Made by a program: the position numbers and the translations under genes. The notes below the pieces were generated by a model that worked only from the letters and a program-made list of their open reading frames with translations, searched no databases and had not been told where the DNA came from. From an uncultured delta proteobacterium (lineage in GTDB: Bacteria; Myxococcota_A; Polyangia; Fen-1088): DNA of 64,000 bases. The number at the start of each line of letters is the position of its first letter. Within the stretch, counting starts at the first letter, position 1. The stretch spans positions 2,592,001-2,656,000 of the forward strand of contig CAVYGB010000008.1 in assembly GCA_963767925.1 (NCBI GenBank), given 5' to 3'. Positions 1 through 10,098 of this stretch are shown in pieces.

Positions 1-2
1 AC

Positions 3-290
3 GACTTCCTCGAGATCCTCGAGGTGCGGGACATCAGCGCGGGCGGCCTGGGCCTGCAGGCCGGACACCAGCTCGCCCTCCGGGACATCGACGCCGAGGT
101 CGAGGTGATCGTCAGCTTGCCGCGCGAGCGCCCCTTCTCCGCCCGGGGGATCATCCGCCACATCTCGAACGGCAAGCAGTTCGGGATCGAGTTCACCCAG
201 CTCCCCGAGCCGGCCCGGTCGCGCGTCGAGCGCTACGTGGCGGCCCGCATCGCCCAGGGGGCCGAGTCGGCCTGGACCGCCCGCCCCTGA
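3..290 (+). CDS. PilZ domain protein, 3' part (starts before window)
   Basis: VRDISAGGLG...GIIRH...FGIEF matches the PilZ DxSxxG and GxxF motifs. Confidence 0.75.
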   Translation, partial: DFLEILEVRDISAGGLGLQAGHQLALRDIDAEVEVIVSLPRERPFSARGIIRHISNGKQFGIEFTQLPEPARSRVERYVAARIAQGAESAWTARP

Positions 291-302
291 GCGGGTGCCG
301 CC

Positions 303-1457
303 TCAGCCGGCGCGGGCGGTCTGGATGCCGCGCTCGGCGGCCCAGGTCGCGAGGTCTCGCCGGCGCAGCGCCGCCGCCATGAGGTCGGGGAAGGCGTCGG
401 GGGTGCAGGCGAAGGCGGGGACGCCGAGCGCGGCGAGGGCGGCGGCGTTGGCCGCGTCGAACAGGGGGGTGCCCTGGTCGTTGAGGGCCAGCAAGCAGAC
501 GACCTGGACGCCGCTCGCCACCAGGGCCCGGGTGCGGGCCAGCAGCTCGGCGGCGTCGCCGCCCTCGAACAGGTCGGTGATGAGGACGAGGACGGTGTCG
601 GCCGGGCGGGTCACCTGCTGCTGGCAATAGGCCAGGGCGCGGTTGATGTCGGTGCCCCCGCCGAGCTGGGTGCCGAACAGCACCTCGAGCGGATCGCTGA
701 GCTTGTCGGTCAGATCGACGACCGCGGTGTCGAACACGACGAGCCGCACGGAGACCGCCCGCACGGTGGCCATCACCGCGGCGAAGATGCTCGAGTAGAC
801 AACCGAGGTGGCCATCGAGCCGCTCTGGTCCACGCAGAGGATCACGTCGCGCAGGGCGGAGCGGCGGCGGCCGTGGCCGATCAGCTTCTCGACGATGACC
901 GTGCGGCGGGCCCGATCGTAGCGGCCGAGGTTGGCCCGCACGGTGCGGTCCCAGTCGAGGTCGGACAGGCGCGGCCGCCGCGCCCGGGTGGCGCGGGAGA
1001 GGGCCCCGCGCAGGGCCTGCACCATCCCCTGAGCCAGGCGCCGCTCGAGGTCGGCGACGACCTTGCGCACCACCTCCCGGGCGGTCTCGCGCGTGCGCTG
1101 GGGGATGACCGAGCCGAGGGCGAGCAGCGAGGCGACGAGGTGGACGTCGGGCTCGACCCCCGCCAGGAGCTCCGGCTCGAGCAGCATCTGGCGCAGGCCC
1201 AGGCGGTCGAGGGCATCTTGTTGCATGACCCGCACCACGCTGGCCGGAAAGTAGGTCCGGATGTCGCCCAGCCAGCGGGCCACGCTGGGGCTCGAGCTGC
1301 CGAGGTTGCCCTGGCGGTCGCTGTCGTAGAGGGCCTCGAGGACGCGGTCGCGGTCGCGCAGCTCGCCCGCGAGCGGCACCCCGAGCCCCTCCTCGGCCGG
1401 ACGCCCCAGCACGAGGCGCCAGCGGCGCAGGCGCTCGTCGTCCGGGGGCGGCGTCAC
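303..1457 (-). CDS. VWA domain protein, CoxE/YehP-like
   Basis: RLRRWRLVLG N-terminus, DQSGSM MIDAS, GGGTDI and LITDLFEGG motifs; ATGA/GTGA-type overlap with upstream gene. Confidence 0.9.
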   Translation of the reverse strand: MTPPPDDERLRRWRLVLGRPAEEGLGVPLAGELRDRDRVLEALYDSDRQGNLGSSSPSVARWLGDIRTYFPASVVRVMQQDALDRLGLRQMLLEPELLAGVEPDVHLVASLLALGSVIPQRTRETAREVVRKVVADLERRLAQGMVQALRGALSRATRARRPRLSDLDWDRTVRANLGRYDRARRTVIVEKLIGHGRRRSALRDVILCVDQSGSMATSVVYSSIFAAVMATVRAVSVRLVVFDTAVVDLTDKLSDPLEVLFGTQLGGGTDINRALAYCQQQVTRPADTVLVLITDLFEGGDAAELLARTRALVASGVQVVCLLALNDQGTPLFDAANAAALAALGVPAFACTPDAFPDLMAAALRRRDLATWAAERGIQTARAG

Positions 1458-3666
1458 GGCTCCACCCCCAGGATGTGGGCCAGCACCGGCGTGACCCGGG
1501 CCGCGCGCGCCTCGTCGAGCTCGGGCTCTCGCCGCCGCCGCCGCCGCTGGCCGTCGCGCCCCCGCGCAGCACGCGCACCAGCTCGCCCATCGACCGCCGC
1601 TCGGGCGGGGTGAAGTCGGAGAACGCCCGCCGCAGCAGCGGCGTCATGGCGTCGAAGGCGTCGCCGGGCAGGCCGGCCATCCAGGCGTCGAGCGCCGCCC
1701 ACAGGCCGCGGGCGTGCAGCAGCAGGGTGGCGTTCCCGCGCAGCAGCCCGTCGATCCAGGCGGCCGCTTCGGCCGGCGGCACCGCCCGCGACAGGCTGCG
1801 GCTGGCCAGGGTCAGCAGCGCCGCCAGCTCCAGCCGCCCCTGCTCGTGCAGCAGGCGGGCGGCCAGCCCCCGCAGCCGACCGGCGCCCGCCTCCCGGCCG
1901 GCCACCAGGGCCAGCGTGTCCAGCCAGGCGCTGCGCGCCTCGCCTCGGTCGAGCAAAGTCACCGCCTCCTGCACCTGCCCGAGGGCGGTCACCATCTGCT
2001 CGGCGGCCTCCTCGTCGAGCGACAGGCAGGCCCCCGGCAGCCCCACCCGGACGCGCTCGAACAGGCCGGCGAAGATGGCCAGCACCGGCTCGGGGCGGGC
2101 GCCCCGGACCGATCCGTAGCGGGCCAGGCTGGCCAGCCGGGGCAAGGCCGCCGCCAGGTGCGGGACGTCCGCCGACCGCGCCGCCCGCTCCTGCAAGCGC
2201 GCCAGGACCGCCGCCAGGGCCGGCTCGAGCTCGGCCAGCGCCACCTGGTCGAGCAGCTCGGTGAGCGCCTCCAGGTCCTCGAGGCGGGCCGCCTCCCGGG
2301 TGGCCTTGCTGGTGGCGGCAGCCTCGAGGGTGTTGCCCCAGCGGCTGGCGTCGACGAGCGCCACCTCCAGGTCGGGCCGCCAGCGCAGCTCCCAGTGCTC
2401 GTGGAAGGTCCCCGCCTTGCCGACAACCTCCTGGGCGGCGCCCCAGGGGACGTCGAGCAGGACCAGGCGGTGGAGCAGCCGGCTGCGCGCCCGATCGGTC
2501 TCCTCGCGCAAATCGAGGTGCAGGTCCTTGCGCTCGTCGGAGCGCCGGAGCCGCAGCCGGCGCGCCTCGGCGGCCAGCTCGCGGCTCAGCGGCACCGCGG
2601 GGGCCTGCGCCGGGACCTGCCCGAGGTCGTCGCCGATCTCCAGGCGATCGCGGACCAGGGTCAGCGGGGCCGCCAGCCCGGCGCACAGCACCGCCTGCAG
2701 GCTCTCGTTGATCTCGCCGAGCCCCGGGCTGCCCAGCCCCCGCAGAGCGGCCAGGGCCTCGGCCAGGCGCACCGCCTCGATCACCCCCGCGGTCGAGGCG
2801 GCGAGATCCTCCTCGCGCAGGGTGCGGGCCGCCCGCACGGTCCAGCGCAAGGTGGCCCCGGTCGGCTCGGTCCAGAGGTGGTGGTACCAGCCCGGCGCCT
2901 GCACCCCCGCGCCGTAGCCGCTCCGGTACGACAGCCGCGAGGCGGTCCAGGGGATCCAGGTGGCGACGGTCCGGGTGCGCGGCAGCCCCTTGAGGCGATC
3001 GGCGTCGGGCCGGGCCGGGCCCAGCTCGGTCAGGGCGGGCGCGTGCCAGGCGCCGCAGACAACCGCCACCCGCTGGAAGCCGTCCTTGAGGGCGGCGCGG
3101 ATGGTCTGGCGCATGTGGGCTTCGCGGCGCGCCTCGTGCGCGCTCTCCGGTTCGCTGCCGGCGCCTGCTTCCGGGTGGCGCTCGCGCAGGGCGCGCATGG
3201 CCTCGATCAGCCCCTCGAACAGGCCAGCCGGGTCCCGCCGGCGCTCGATCTCGTGCTCCCACCAGAGCTCGCCGTCGGAGAAGCCCGCCACCGCGGCCAG
3301 CTCCGCGATGGGATCCAGGGGCTCGGGGGGCTCGCCCGGGGCGGCCGCCTCGGCCAGCCGGTACGACTGGGGCAGGTCCATGAAGCGCACCGGCCGCTCG
3401 CGCTGCAGCCCGAAGCGGATGGCCTGCCACTCCGGGGAGAACTCGGCGAAGGGGTAAAACACCGCCTGGCCGGGGCGATCGACCGGGTAGACAAGCAGGG
3501 CGACCGGCGGCTTCATCTCGGCCGACCCCGCCAGGGGCAGCACCTCGGCCGCGTCGGGCGGGCCCTCGACCAGGACCACGTCGGGATCGAGCGCGGCGAG
3601 GGCGGACAGCAGGCTGCGCGCGCTGCCCGGACCGTGGTGGCGGATGCCGAAGACCGTGTGCCCCAT
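1454..3666 (-). CDS. DUF5682 / YehM-like protein, single frameshift near 1530
   Basis: FGIRHHGPGSAR, FAEFSPEW, VCGAWH motifs; natural C-terminus (EPELDEARAARVTPVLAHILGVEP*) is in another frame after a GCC run. Confidence 0.85.
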
Positions 3667-3682
3667 GCTGCGCGCGGTTCTG

Positions 3683-4804
3683 CTAGAGGACGTCCTTGCA
3701 GCTTCGATACAGGTCCTTCCAGCCGTCGCGCTCCTTGATCACCGTCTCGAGGTACTCCAGCCAGACCACCCGGTCCTGCACCGGATCCTTGACGATGGCC
3801 CCGGTCAGGGCGGCGGCCACGTCGGCGGCGCGCAGGACCCCGTCGCCGAAGTAGGCGGCCATGGCCAGGCCGCTGTTGACCACCGAGATGGCCTCCCCGG
3901 TCGACAGGGTGCCGCTGGGGACCTTGAGCCGGGTCTTGCCGTCCTCGGTGACCCCGCCGCGCAGCTCGCGGAAGATCGTCACCAGGCGCCGCAGCTCCTG
4001 CAGGGCGGGGGCCTCGGCCGGCAGCTCGAGCGCCTGCCCCAGGTCGGCCACCCGCCGGGTGACGATGTCCACCTCCTCGTCGAAGCTCTCGGGCAGCGGC
4101 AGCACGACCGTGTTGAACCGCCGCAGCAGCGCGCTCGACAGGTCGTTGACCCCCCGGTCCCGGCTGTTGGCGGTGGCGATGACGTTGAAGCCCTTGCGCG
4201 CCTGCACCTCGATCCCCAGCTCGGGCACCGGCAGGGTCTTCTCCGACAAAGTGGTGATGAGGCTGTCCTGGACCTCGCCGGGGATGCGGGTGAGCTCCTC
4301 GATGCGGGCGATCTTGCCCGCCTCGAGCGCGCGCAGCAGCGGGCTCGGCACCAGGGCGGCGGGGCTGGGGCCCTCGGCCAGCAGGCGGGCGTAGTTCCAG
4401 CCATAACGGAGCGTGTTCTCGTCGGTGCCGGCGGTCCCCTGCACCAGGAGGGTCGAGTCGCCCGAGACCGCCGCGGCCAGGTGCTCGCTGACCCACGACT
4501 TGGCGGTGCCGGGGACGCCGAGCAGCAGCAGGGCCCGATCGGTGGCGAGGGTGGCCACCGCGATCTCGATCAGCCGGGCGCTGCCGATGTATTTGGGCGC
4601 CACCGCGAAGCCGCTGGCCAGCTTGCCGCCCAGCAGGTAGGTGCGCACGGCCCAGGGCGAGAGCTTCCAGCTCGGCGGACGCGGGCGATCGTCTTGCCCG
4701 GCCAGGGCGGCCAGCTCCTCGGCGTATTGCTCCTCGACGTGGCGGCGCAGGACGGCGGGGGCGGTGAGCCCCGCGACGGCGGTGGGGGGATCGGGTTGGC
4801 TCAC
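3683..4804 (-). CDS. MoxR-family AAA+ ATPase, YehL-like
   Basis: GVPGTAKS Walker A, RIEELTR Walker B, IATAN sensor I, ALLRRF; GTG start overlaps stop of upstream gene. Confidence 0.92.
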   Translation of the reverse strand: MSQPDPPTAVAGLTAPAVLRRHVEEQYAEELAALAGQDDRPRPPSWKLSPWAVRTYLLGGKLASGFAVAPKYIGSARLIEIAVATLATDRALLLLGVPGTAKSWVSEHLAAAVSGDSTLLVQGTAGTDENTLRYGWNYARLLAEGPSPAALVPSPLLRALEAGKIARIEELTRIPGEVQDSLITTLSEKTLPVPELGIEVQARKGFNVIATANSRDRGVNDLSSALLRRFNTVVLPLPESFDEEVDIVTRRVADLGQALELPAEAPALQELRRLVTIFRELRGGVTEDGKTRLKVPSGTLSTGEAISVVNSGLAMAAYFGDGVLRAADVAAALTGAIVKDPVQDRVVWLEYLETVIKERDGWKDLYRSCKDVL

Positions 4805-6393
4805 GGGCGGGTCTCCTCGTGGATGCGTTTGCGGGTGGCGAGGACGGCGTGAAAGGGCGGCAGGAGGCCGAGGAGGGCCCCGGCCAGCGGGGCGGCGCTG
4901 ACGACGCTGGCGGCGCCCCGGACCAGGGCCAGCGCGCGATCCAGGCCGGCGCCCGGCAGGGCGATCCCGGCTCGCTCCAGGCCGGCGCGCCAGGCCTGCA
5001 CCTGCGGCCAGCCGCCCGGCCCGCTCTCCAGCGCCCGGGCGAGCGCGGTGAGGAAGGCGTCCGCGAAGGTCACCTCCCAGGGCGCCGGCAAGGCGGCCAT
5101 CACCGGCAGGAAGCGGACGGGATCGCCCGAGGCGAGCAGGTGGGCGGCCAGCGCGCTCGCCTCGCCGGGCGGCAGCAGCGGCAGCAGGCGGACGGCCAGG
5201 GCCGGGCGCTCCTCCTCCGGCGCCGCGGCCGCGTGACCGCGCCAGAGGGCCGAGGCCCAGGGCGCGGAGCGGAACCGCAGCGCCGCCTCCAGCCAGCCAC
5301 CGAGGAGGGCCCCGGCCCAGTCGCTGGCCCGGGCGGCGGCGACGAGCGCCCCGGGGCTGGCGCCGAAGTGGTCCGACACCTGCTCGGGCGGGACCACCGC
5401 CAGGAGCTGGGCCACCCAGAAGGCCTTCGCGCCCACGCGGGCCGGAGGCTTCTCGAGCAGCCCGTCGGTCGCCCAGTCCGGCGGAAAGACGGCCGGCGGG
5501 CTCACCTCCAGCGTCCCGCTCGGCGGCTGACCTTCCAGATGCCCGCTGTCCGCGCCGACCGCGCCCGGCAGGACCGGCGCACCCGCGGGTCGCGGCCGGT
5601 AGCGCAGCAGCGCCGCGACCCGGGCCTGCATGCGCGCGGCCAGCGCCGAGCTCGGCAGGCCGGCCAGGACGGACGCGGCGGCGGCCCGCACCGGGGCGGC
5701 GCGATCCGCCAGCGCCCCGATCAGGAACGGCTCGTCCTCGGCGGCGAGGCCGACCGCCAGCGCGTTCAGCAGCTCCTCCCGCACCGCTGCCTTCTCCTGC
5801 CGCCACACCGACTCCACCCAGGCGCGCCCCTCGGCGGGCGCCTCGGTGCGGATCGCGCGCAGGGCCGCCAGCCGGGCCGGCAAGCTCCCCTCCTCCCAGG
5901 TCTGCCGGCGCTCGGCCGGCGCGGGAGGCGCCTCGGCCTCGACAAGCCAGGCCCAGGCGGGGTTGTGGGCCGCCAGCCAGCGCCCGCGCGCGCCAGCGAC
6001 CCGCCCGGCGGCGGGCTGCAGCGCCGGGTGGCGGCAGCCGGCGAGGTCGACGAGGCAGCTAGGCGGCACCCGGCCACCGCGGGCATCCAGCCGGACGAGG
6101 GCCTCCGCGAGGAGGGGAAAGCTCCGCTCGCGACAGAGCGCCGTGACGATCGCCGCCAGCGCGTCCGAGCAGGCGGGGCGCACCTCCGGCGGCGCCGCCG
6201 TACCCGGCTGGGCCTGGGCGGGCCTGCGTCCGGCGCGCGCCCGCACCGCCGCCACCCCCAGCCGCAGCAGGAACGCGCTCTCGGACGAGGGGGCGGGCAG
6301 GCGGCTCACCAGGTCGGCCCCGACGTCGACGTCGGGCAGGGCGCTGCCGGCGCGCTCGAGCCCGACCAGGGCGAGATCGGCCAGGCGCCTCAC
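4801..6393 (-). CDS. DUF5691-like helical/HEAT-repeat protein
   Basis: ALVG at N-terminus, GARGRWLAAHNPAWAW, DEPFL..AL.DR motifs; GTG start at 6393 overlaps TGA of SWIM gene. Confidence 0.8.
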   Translation of the reverse strand: MRRLADLALVGLERAGSALPDVDVGADLVSRLPAPSSESAFLLRLGVAAVRARAGRRPAQAQPGTAAPPEVRPACSDALAAIVTALCRERSFPLLAEALVRLDARGGRVPPSCLVDLAGCRHPALQPAAGRVAGARGRWLAAHNPAWAWLVEAEAPPAPAERRQTWEEGSLPARLAALRAIRTEAPAEGRAWVESVWRQEKAAVREELLNALAVGLAAEDEPFLIGALADRAAPVRAAAASVLAGLPSSALAARMQARVAALLRYRPRPAGAPVLPGAVGADSGHLEGQPPSGTLEVSPPAVFPPDWATDGLLEKPPARVGAKAFWVAQLLAVVPPEQVSDHFGASPGALVAAARASDWAGALLGGWLEAALRFRSAPWASALWRGHAAAAPEEERPALAVRLLPLLPPGEASALAAHLLASGDPVRFLPVMAALPAPWEVTFADAFLTALARALESGPGGWPQVQAWRAGLERAGIALPGAGLDRALALVRGAASVVSAAPLAGALLGLLPPFHAVLATRKRIHEETRP

Positions 6394-7733
6394 GCCTCGA
6401 CCTCGTCCGCGCTGGCGCCGAGCGGATGGAAGCGACCCTCGGCGAACACCCCGAACGGCAGGAAGGCCCGCCCGTCCCAGTCCCCGAACACGTCCACCGG
6501 GTGGCCTCCGGCGAGCGCGAACAGGGTCCACAGATCCCGCCCGGCCAGGGGGACCGATCGGCCGGCCCGGTCGACAAGCCGGAAGCGGTCGGAGGCCGCC
6601 GCCACCAGCGCCGGCACGACGTCGCCCACCCCGCCCGGGATGCGATCGAGCCAGGGCTGGCGGCCGAGCGCCTCGGCGTACGCCGCCAGCAGCCCGTCGA
6701 GATCGGGCAGGCCGGGCAGCCGCTCGAGCAGCGGCTGCCCCTCCCCCTCGCGCCGGCTGACAACCGCTCGCACCGGGAAGGCCCCCGGCCAGAACGCCAG
6801 CTCGGCCCCGAACACCACCCCGGGAGATACCGCCTCGGCGAAGGGCGCCTCCCCCGCCGCGAACTGCAGCACGAGCGCCATCCGCGCCGAGCGGGTGCCG
6901 CGCAGCCAGGTCCGCTGCACACGGAAGCGCTCGTCCTCGTCCACCTGCTGGCCGACCACCGCCCAGGCGTCGGTCACCCGTTCGCCGGTGGCCAGCACCT
7001 CCTCGCGGTCGAGCGTCCACCCCACCAGCGCCCGCACATCCGCCGCCAGCGCGGGAGAGAGCGCGCCCAGCCGGCGGACGGCGTGCGCCAGCAGGGCCAG
7101 CCGCCCCAGCCCATCGGCCGCCCGCTCGCCGAAGTCGGGCGCCGAGCGGGGCAGGAACCCCAGCCGCCGCACCCGCGACGCCAGCCCCGGGGCCTGCGCG
7201 TCCACCAGGCGCGCCGCCTGCTCCTGGAACGGCTCGTCGCCCCGGCTGGCCACCGCCGCCATCCCCCGGCGGACCAGGTCCCCCATCCACAGCTCCAGCC
7301 CCTCGACCCCCGCCAGCACGCGCGCCAGCCGCCGCTCCACCCGCCGCGCGCGCGCCTCCTCGTCCGGCGGCCCCGCCACCCGCTCTCCCCGGGCCTTCTT
7401 CCGGCCGGCCGCGGTCGACCGCGTCGCCATCCACGCCGCCACCCAGGCGGGCGGATCTTCGGCCGGCACCCGGGAGGGATAGCGCAGCAGCAGGAGCAGC
7501 AGGCCCAGCACGTGTTTGCAGGGGCGCCGTCGGCTGGGACAGTCGCAGGTGCTGGCGAGGTCGCCCAGCGACACCGCCACCGGATAATCGGCACCTCCCC
7601 GGCAGGCCCCCCAGACCACCTCGGCGCTCCGACCGAGGCCGGCCCAGGCCCGCGTCTCCGCCACCTGCTGGCCGGCGGCCAGCAGCCGGGCATCGGGCGC
7701 GAGGCCCGCGATCTGTTCGGCGGTGGGGGTCAT
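6390..7733 (-). CDS. SWIM zinc-finger protein, YehQ-like
   Basis: CDCPSRRRPCKHVLGL SWIM motif; RLVDAQAPGLA motif. Confidence 0.88.
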   Translation of the reverse strand: MTPTAEQIAGLAPDARLLAAGQQVAETRAWAGLGRSAEVVWGACRGGADYPVAVSLGDLASTCDCPSRRRPCKHVLGLLLLLLRYPSRVPAEDPPAWVAAWMATRSTAAGRKKARGERVAGPPDEEARARRVERRLARVLAGVEGLELWMGDLVRRGMAAVASRGDEPFQEQAARLVDAQAPGLASRVRRLGFLPRSAPDFGERAADGLGRLALLAHAVRRLGALSPALAADVRALVGWTLDREEVLATGERVTDAWAVVGQQVDEDERFRVQRTWLRGTRSARMALVLQFAAGEAPFAEAVSPGVVFGAELAFWPGAFPVRAVVSRREGEGQPLLERLPGLPDLDGLLAAYAEALGRQPWLDRIPGGVGDVVPALVAAASDRFRLVDRAGRSVPLAGRDLWTLFALAGGHPVDVFGDWDGRAFLPFGVFAEGRFHPLGASADEVEA

Positions 7734-7817
7734 GGGTGCGCGGCCCGACGGGCCGGCCGGATCGTGCCACGTGGCCGCCCCCGCTGTCACACCGGCCCCC
7801 CGCGCCGGCCGGCGCGC

Positions 7818-8411
7818 TCACCGCTCGTCGAAGCCGCCGGCGAAGTCCATCACGCAGACCTTGCCGTAGCGGTGCGGGGCGCAGGCCACGCCGATCTTGC
7901 GGAAGTCGGGGTTGAGGAGGGCCTTGCGGTGACCCCGGTCGGGCACGCCGTCGTCGACAAGCAGCAGCAGGACCACCTCGTCGGCCGGCACGCTGGCGAA
8001 GCTGAGGTTCTCGCCGACAACCACCTGCCAGCGGCCGTGGCGCTCCATGCGTCGATCGGGGCTGGAGCCGTCCGATCCTCGGTGGCTGACCTGACCGGTC
8101 CGCGACAGGTCGCGCGCGTGGTCCCGGGCGGCGGCGCTCAGCCCGCGCGACAGCTCCAGCCGGGGCAAGGGCCGGGTGCGACCCAGCGCCCGGATGGCCT
8201 CGTCCACCGCTGCGGCGCCCTCCTGGGTGCGCAGGTCGATCCGCCCGGCCACCTTCACCAGCTTGCCCTCGAACCGCTGGCGGTAGGCCCGCAGCCGGGC
8301 CGCGTAGGCCCGCGGGCTCTGGCGCAGCTTCGACACCTCGGCGTACACCCGCGCCTCGAAGGCATCGGGGGCGGCCAGCAAGCCGAACAGCAGGAGCGCC
8401 ACCGCCGCCAT
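7818..8411 (-). CDS. CAP/SCP domain secreted protein
   Basis: L..AARDHA, GENL, DDGVPDRGHRKALLNPDF..IGVA; signal-like N-terminus; start uncertain. Confidence 0.85.
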   Translation of the reverse strand: MAAVALLLFGLLAAPDAFEARVYAEVSKLRQSPRAYAARLRAYRQRFEGKLVKVAGRIDLRTQEGAAAVDEAIRALGRTRPLPRLELSRGLSAAARDHARDLSRTGQVSHRGSDGSSPDRRMERHGRWQVVVGENLSFASVPADEVVLLLLVDDGVPDRGHRKALLNPDFRKIGVACAPHRYGKVCVMDFAGGFDER

Positions 8412-8606
8412 CACCCCGACAACTATGCATCCGGCGCGGCCGCCTGTCGCGCCCGGGGCCACGCTGTGGCGGCGGGCGCCACAGCCCCGGGGCGCGCGGC
8501 GCGAGGAAAGCCGCGGGCGAATCGGGCGCGGGCGTCATCCGGCGGACGGCACGGGGCTTGCGGACCGGTTCTGCGTCGACAGACGACCCCAGCGGAGGCC
8601 AGGTCC

Positions 8607-10085
8607 ATGCAAATACGATCCATCGGCGGAGAGATGCACCGACTGCGCGACGAGCCCGAGCCCCACCGGCCGCCGCCACCCCCGCCGCCCCCACCCCGGC
8701 CGGCCGCCGAGGACGGGGTGGATCCAATCCGCCGCGAGCCGCAGCTCGCCGACGCCGAGGACGACGCCAGCTTCATCCGCGACCAGCTCGGCTACTCCCT
8801 GTTCGACTGGTCGGTGACCGACGGGAACGCGGCCGACGTGGGCAAGCGGCTGGCGGAGATCGCGGACGACCCCGGGCACGATCTGAACGACGTGCTCGGC
8901 CGGCTGTCCGACGACGAGCTCGAGCGCTGGGGGGACAACGTCGACCTGCCCGACGGCGAGAAGAAGGCCCTGTTCGAGAAGCTGGCCGGCGAGCTCGACG
9001 GGCGCAACGCCGCCCGCCTGGCCCGGGGCATCGGCTACCAGGAGATGGGCGATGCCCTGGCCGCCAGGGGGTCACCCGGGACCCGGGCGGGGTTCATCGA
9101 CGCGCTGCGGGGCGACCTCACCGGCCAGGAGAACCTCGACGTCGACGCCTTGCCGGGGTCGGTGACCATGGAGAGCGATCACGGCAACGACCAGACGCGG
9201 GCCGCCGCCCGGGTGCTGGCCAGCCTGGGCCGCGACGCCGCCCGCGGGCCGGCCGAGCAGGCGGCCTACGATGGGGCGATCAAGCAGCTCGCCCGGGACG
9301 GCAAGCTCGACGACGTGGTGACGGTCGGCCTCGACCGCCGCGACCGCAGCTCGGGCGCCACCGGATCCTTCAACATCCCCGAGACGACCTTCAATCCGGA
9401 CAGCCTGATCGGCGCCCTGGAGGGGGCGACCCGCAGCAACGACCCCTCGGTGAAGCAGCTCCTGCTCGCCACGGTCGGCGACCGGCTAGGCGAGCTGAAC
9501 CACCACCTCGACGACAGCCGCAAGCTGGGCGACGTGGGTAACGCCATGGCCCGCCTCATGACGGAGAACACCGACACCGGCCAGATGCTCGAGCGGCTGC
9601 GGGCCGAGGACCCCGACGGGTCGACCATGGTCCAGGTCTTCGACCTGCTGATCGCCGGCGGCGACCGCACCCTCGACGCCGGCCAGAAGCTGGCGACGGC
9701 CGCCAAGGAGGAGGGCTCCCCCGCCTCCACCGGCTACTTCATGTCCTCGCTGCTCGTGTCGCTCGACGACTTCCAGAGCGCGATCGACACCCAGAAGAAG
9801 ACCGAGAACATCCTCATCGGGGCCGGGGTGGCCATCGCCGCCGCCTTCGTCACCAAGAACCCCTTCGTCGCCGCCGGCATCGCGGTGGGGACGGGCACCG
9901 GCACCAGCGTGTTCGGCAACGAGGTCAACAACGGGGCCGACGAGAAGGCCGCCCTGACCGCCGCCCGCCAGCACATCCGCGACAACATCGTGAACACGGC
10001 CCACCAGGGCGATCCCGCGTTCGAGGAGGCGGCCCGGCCCCTGCTCGAGGCCAACGACAAGAAGGATCTGCTCGACGTGATCTGA
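8607..10085 (+). CDS. hypothetical protein (Pro-rich N-terminus, C-terminal hydrophobic hairpin)
   Basis: GGAGG RBS before ATG 8607; strong GC3 codon bias; no family recognised. Confidence 0.75.
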   Translation: MQIRSIGGEMHRLRDEPEPHRPPPPPPPPPRPAAEDGVDPIRREPQLADAEDDASFIRDQLGYSLFDWSVTDGNAADVGKRLAEIADDPGHDLNDVLGRLSDDELERWGDNVDLPDGEKKALFEKLAGELDGRNAARLARGIGYQEMGDALAARGSPGTRAGFIDALRGDLTGQENLDVDALPGSVTMESDHGNDQTRAAARVLASLGRDAARGPAEQAAYDGAIKQLARDGKLDDVVTVGLDRRDRSSGATGSFNIPETTFNPDSLIGALEGATRSNDPSVKQLLLATVGDRLGELNHHLDDSRKLGDVGNAMARLMTENTDTGQMLERLRAEDPDGSTMVQVFDLLIAGGDRTLDAGQKLATAAKEEGSPASTGYFMSSLLVSLDDFQSAIDTQKKTENILIGAGVAIAAAFVTKNPFVAAGIAVGTGTGTSVFGNEVNNGADEKAALTAARQHIRDNIVNTAHQGDPAFEEAARPLLEANDKKDLLDVI

Positions 10086-10098
10086 CGATCGGAAGCGA

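Noticed and set aside
193..3666. 1157-aa ORF as one giant protein
   Set aside because: After ~1530 it is Arg/Pro-rich off-frame read-through over the vWA gene; the true C-terminus is in another frame
4801..10085. 1308-aa and 1219-aa ORFs
   Set aside because: Only the 3' parts (from 6393 and from 8607) look like real protein; the rest are shadow frames typical of high-GC DNA
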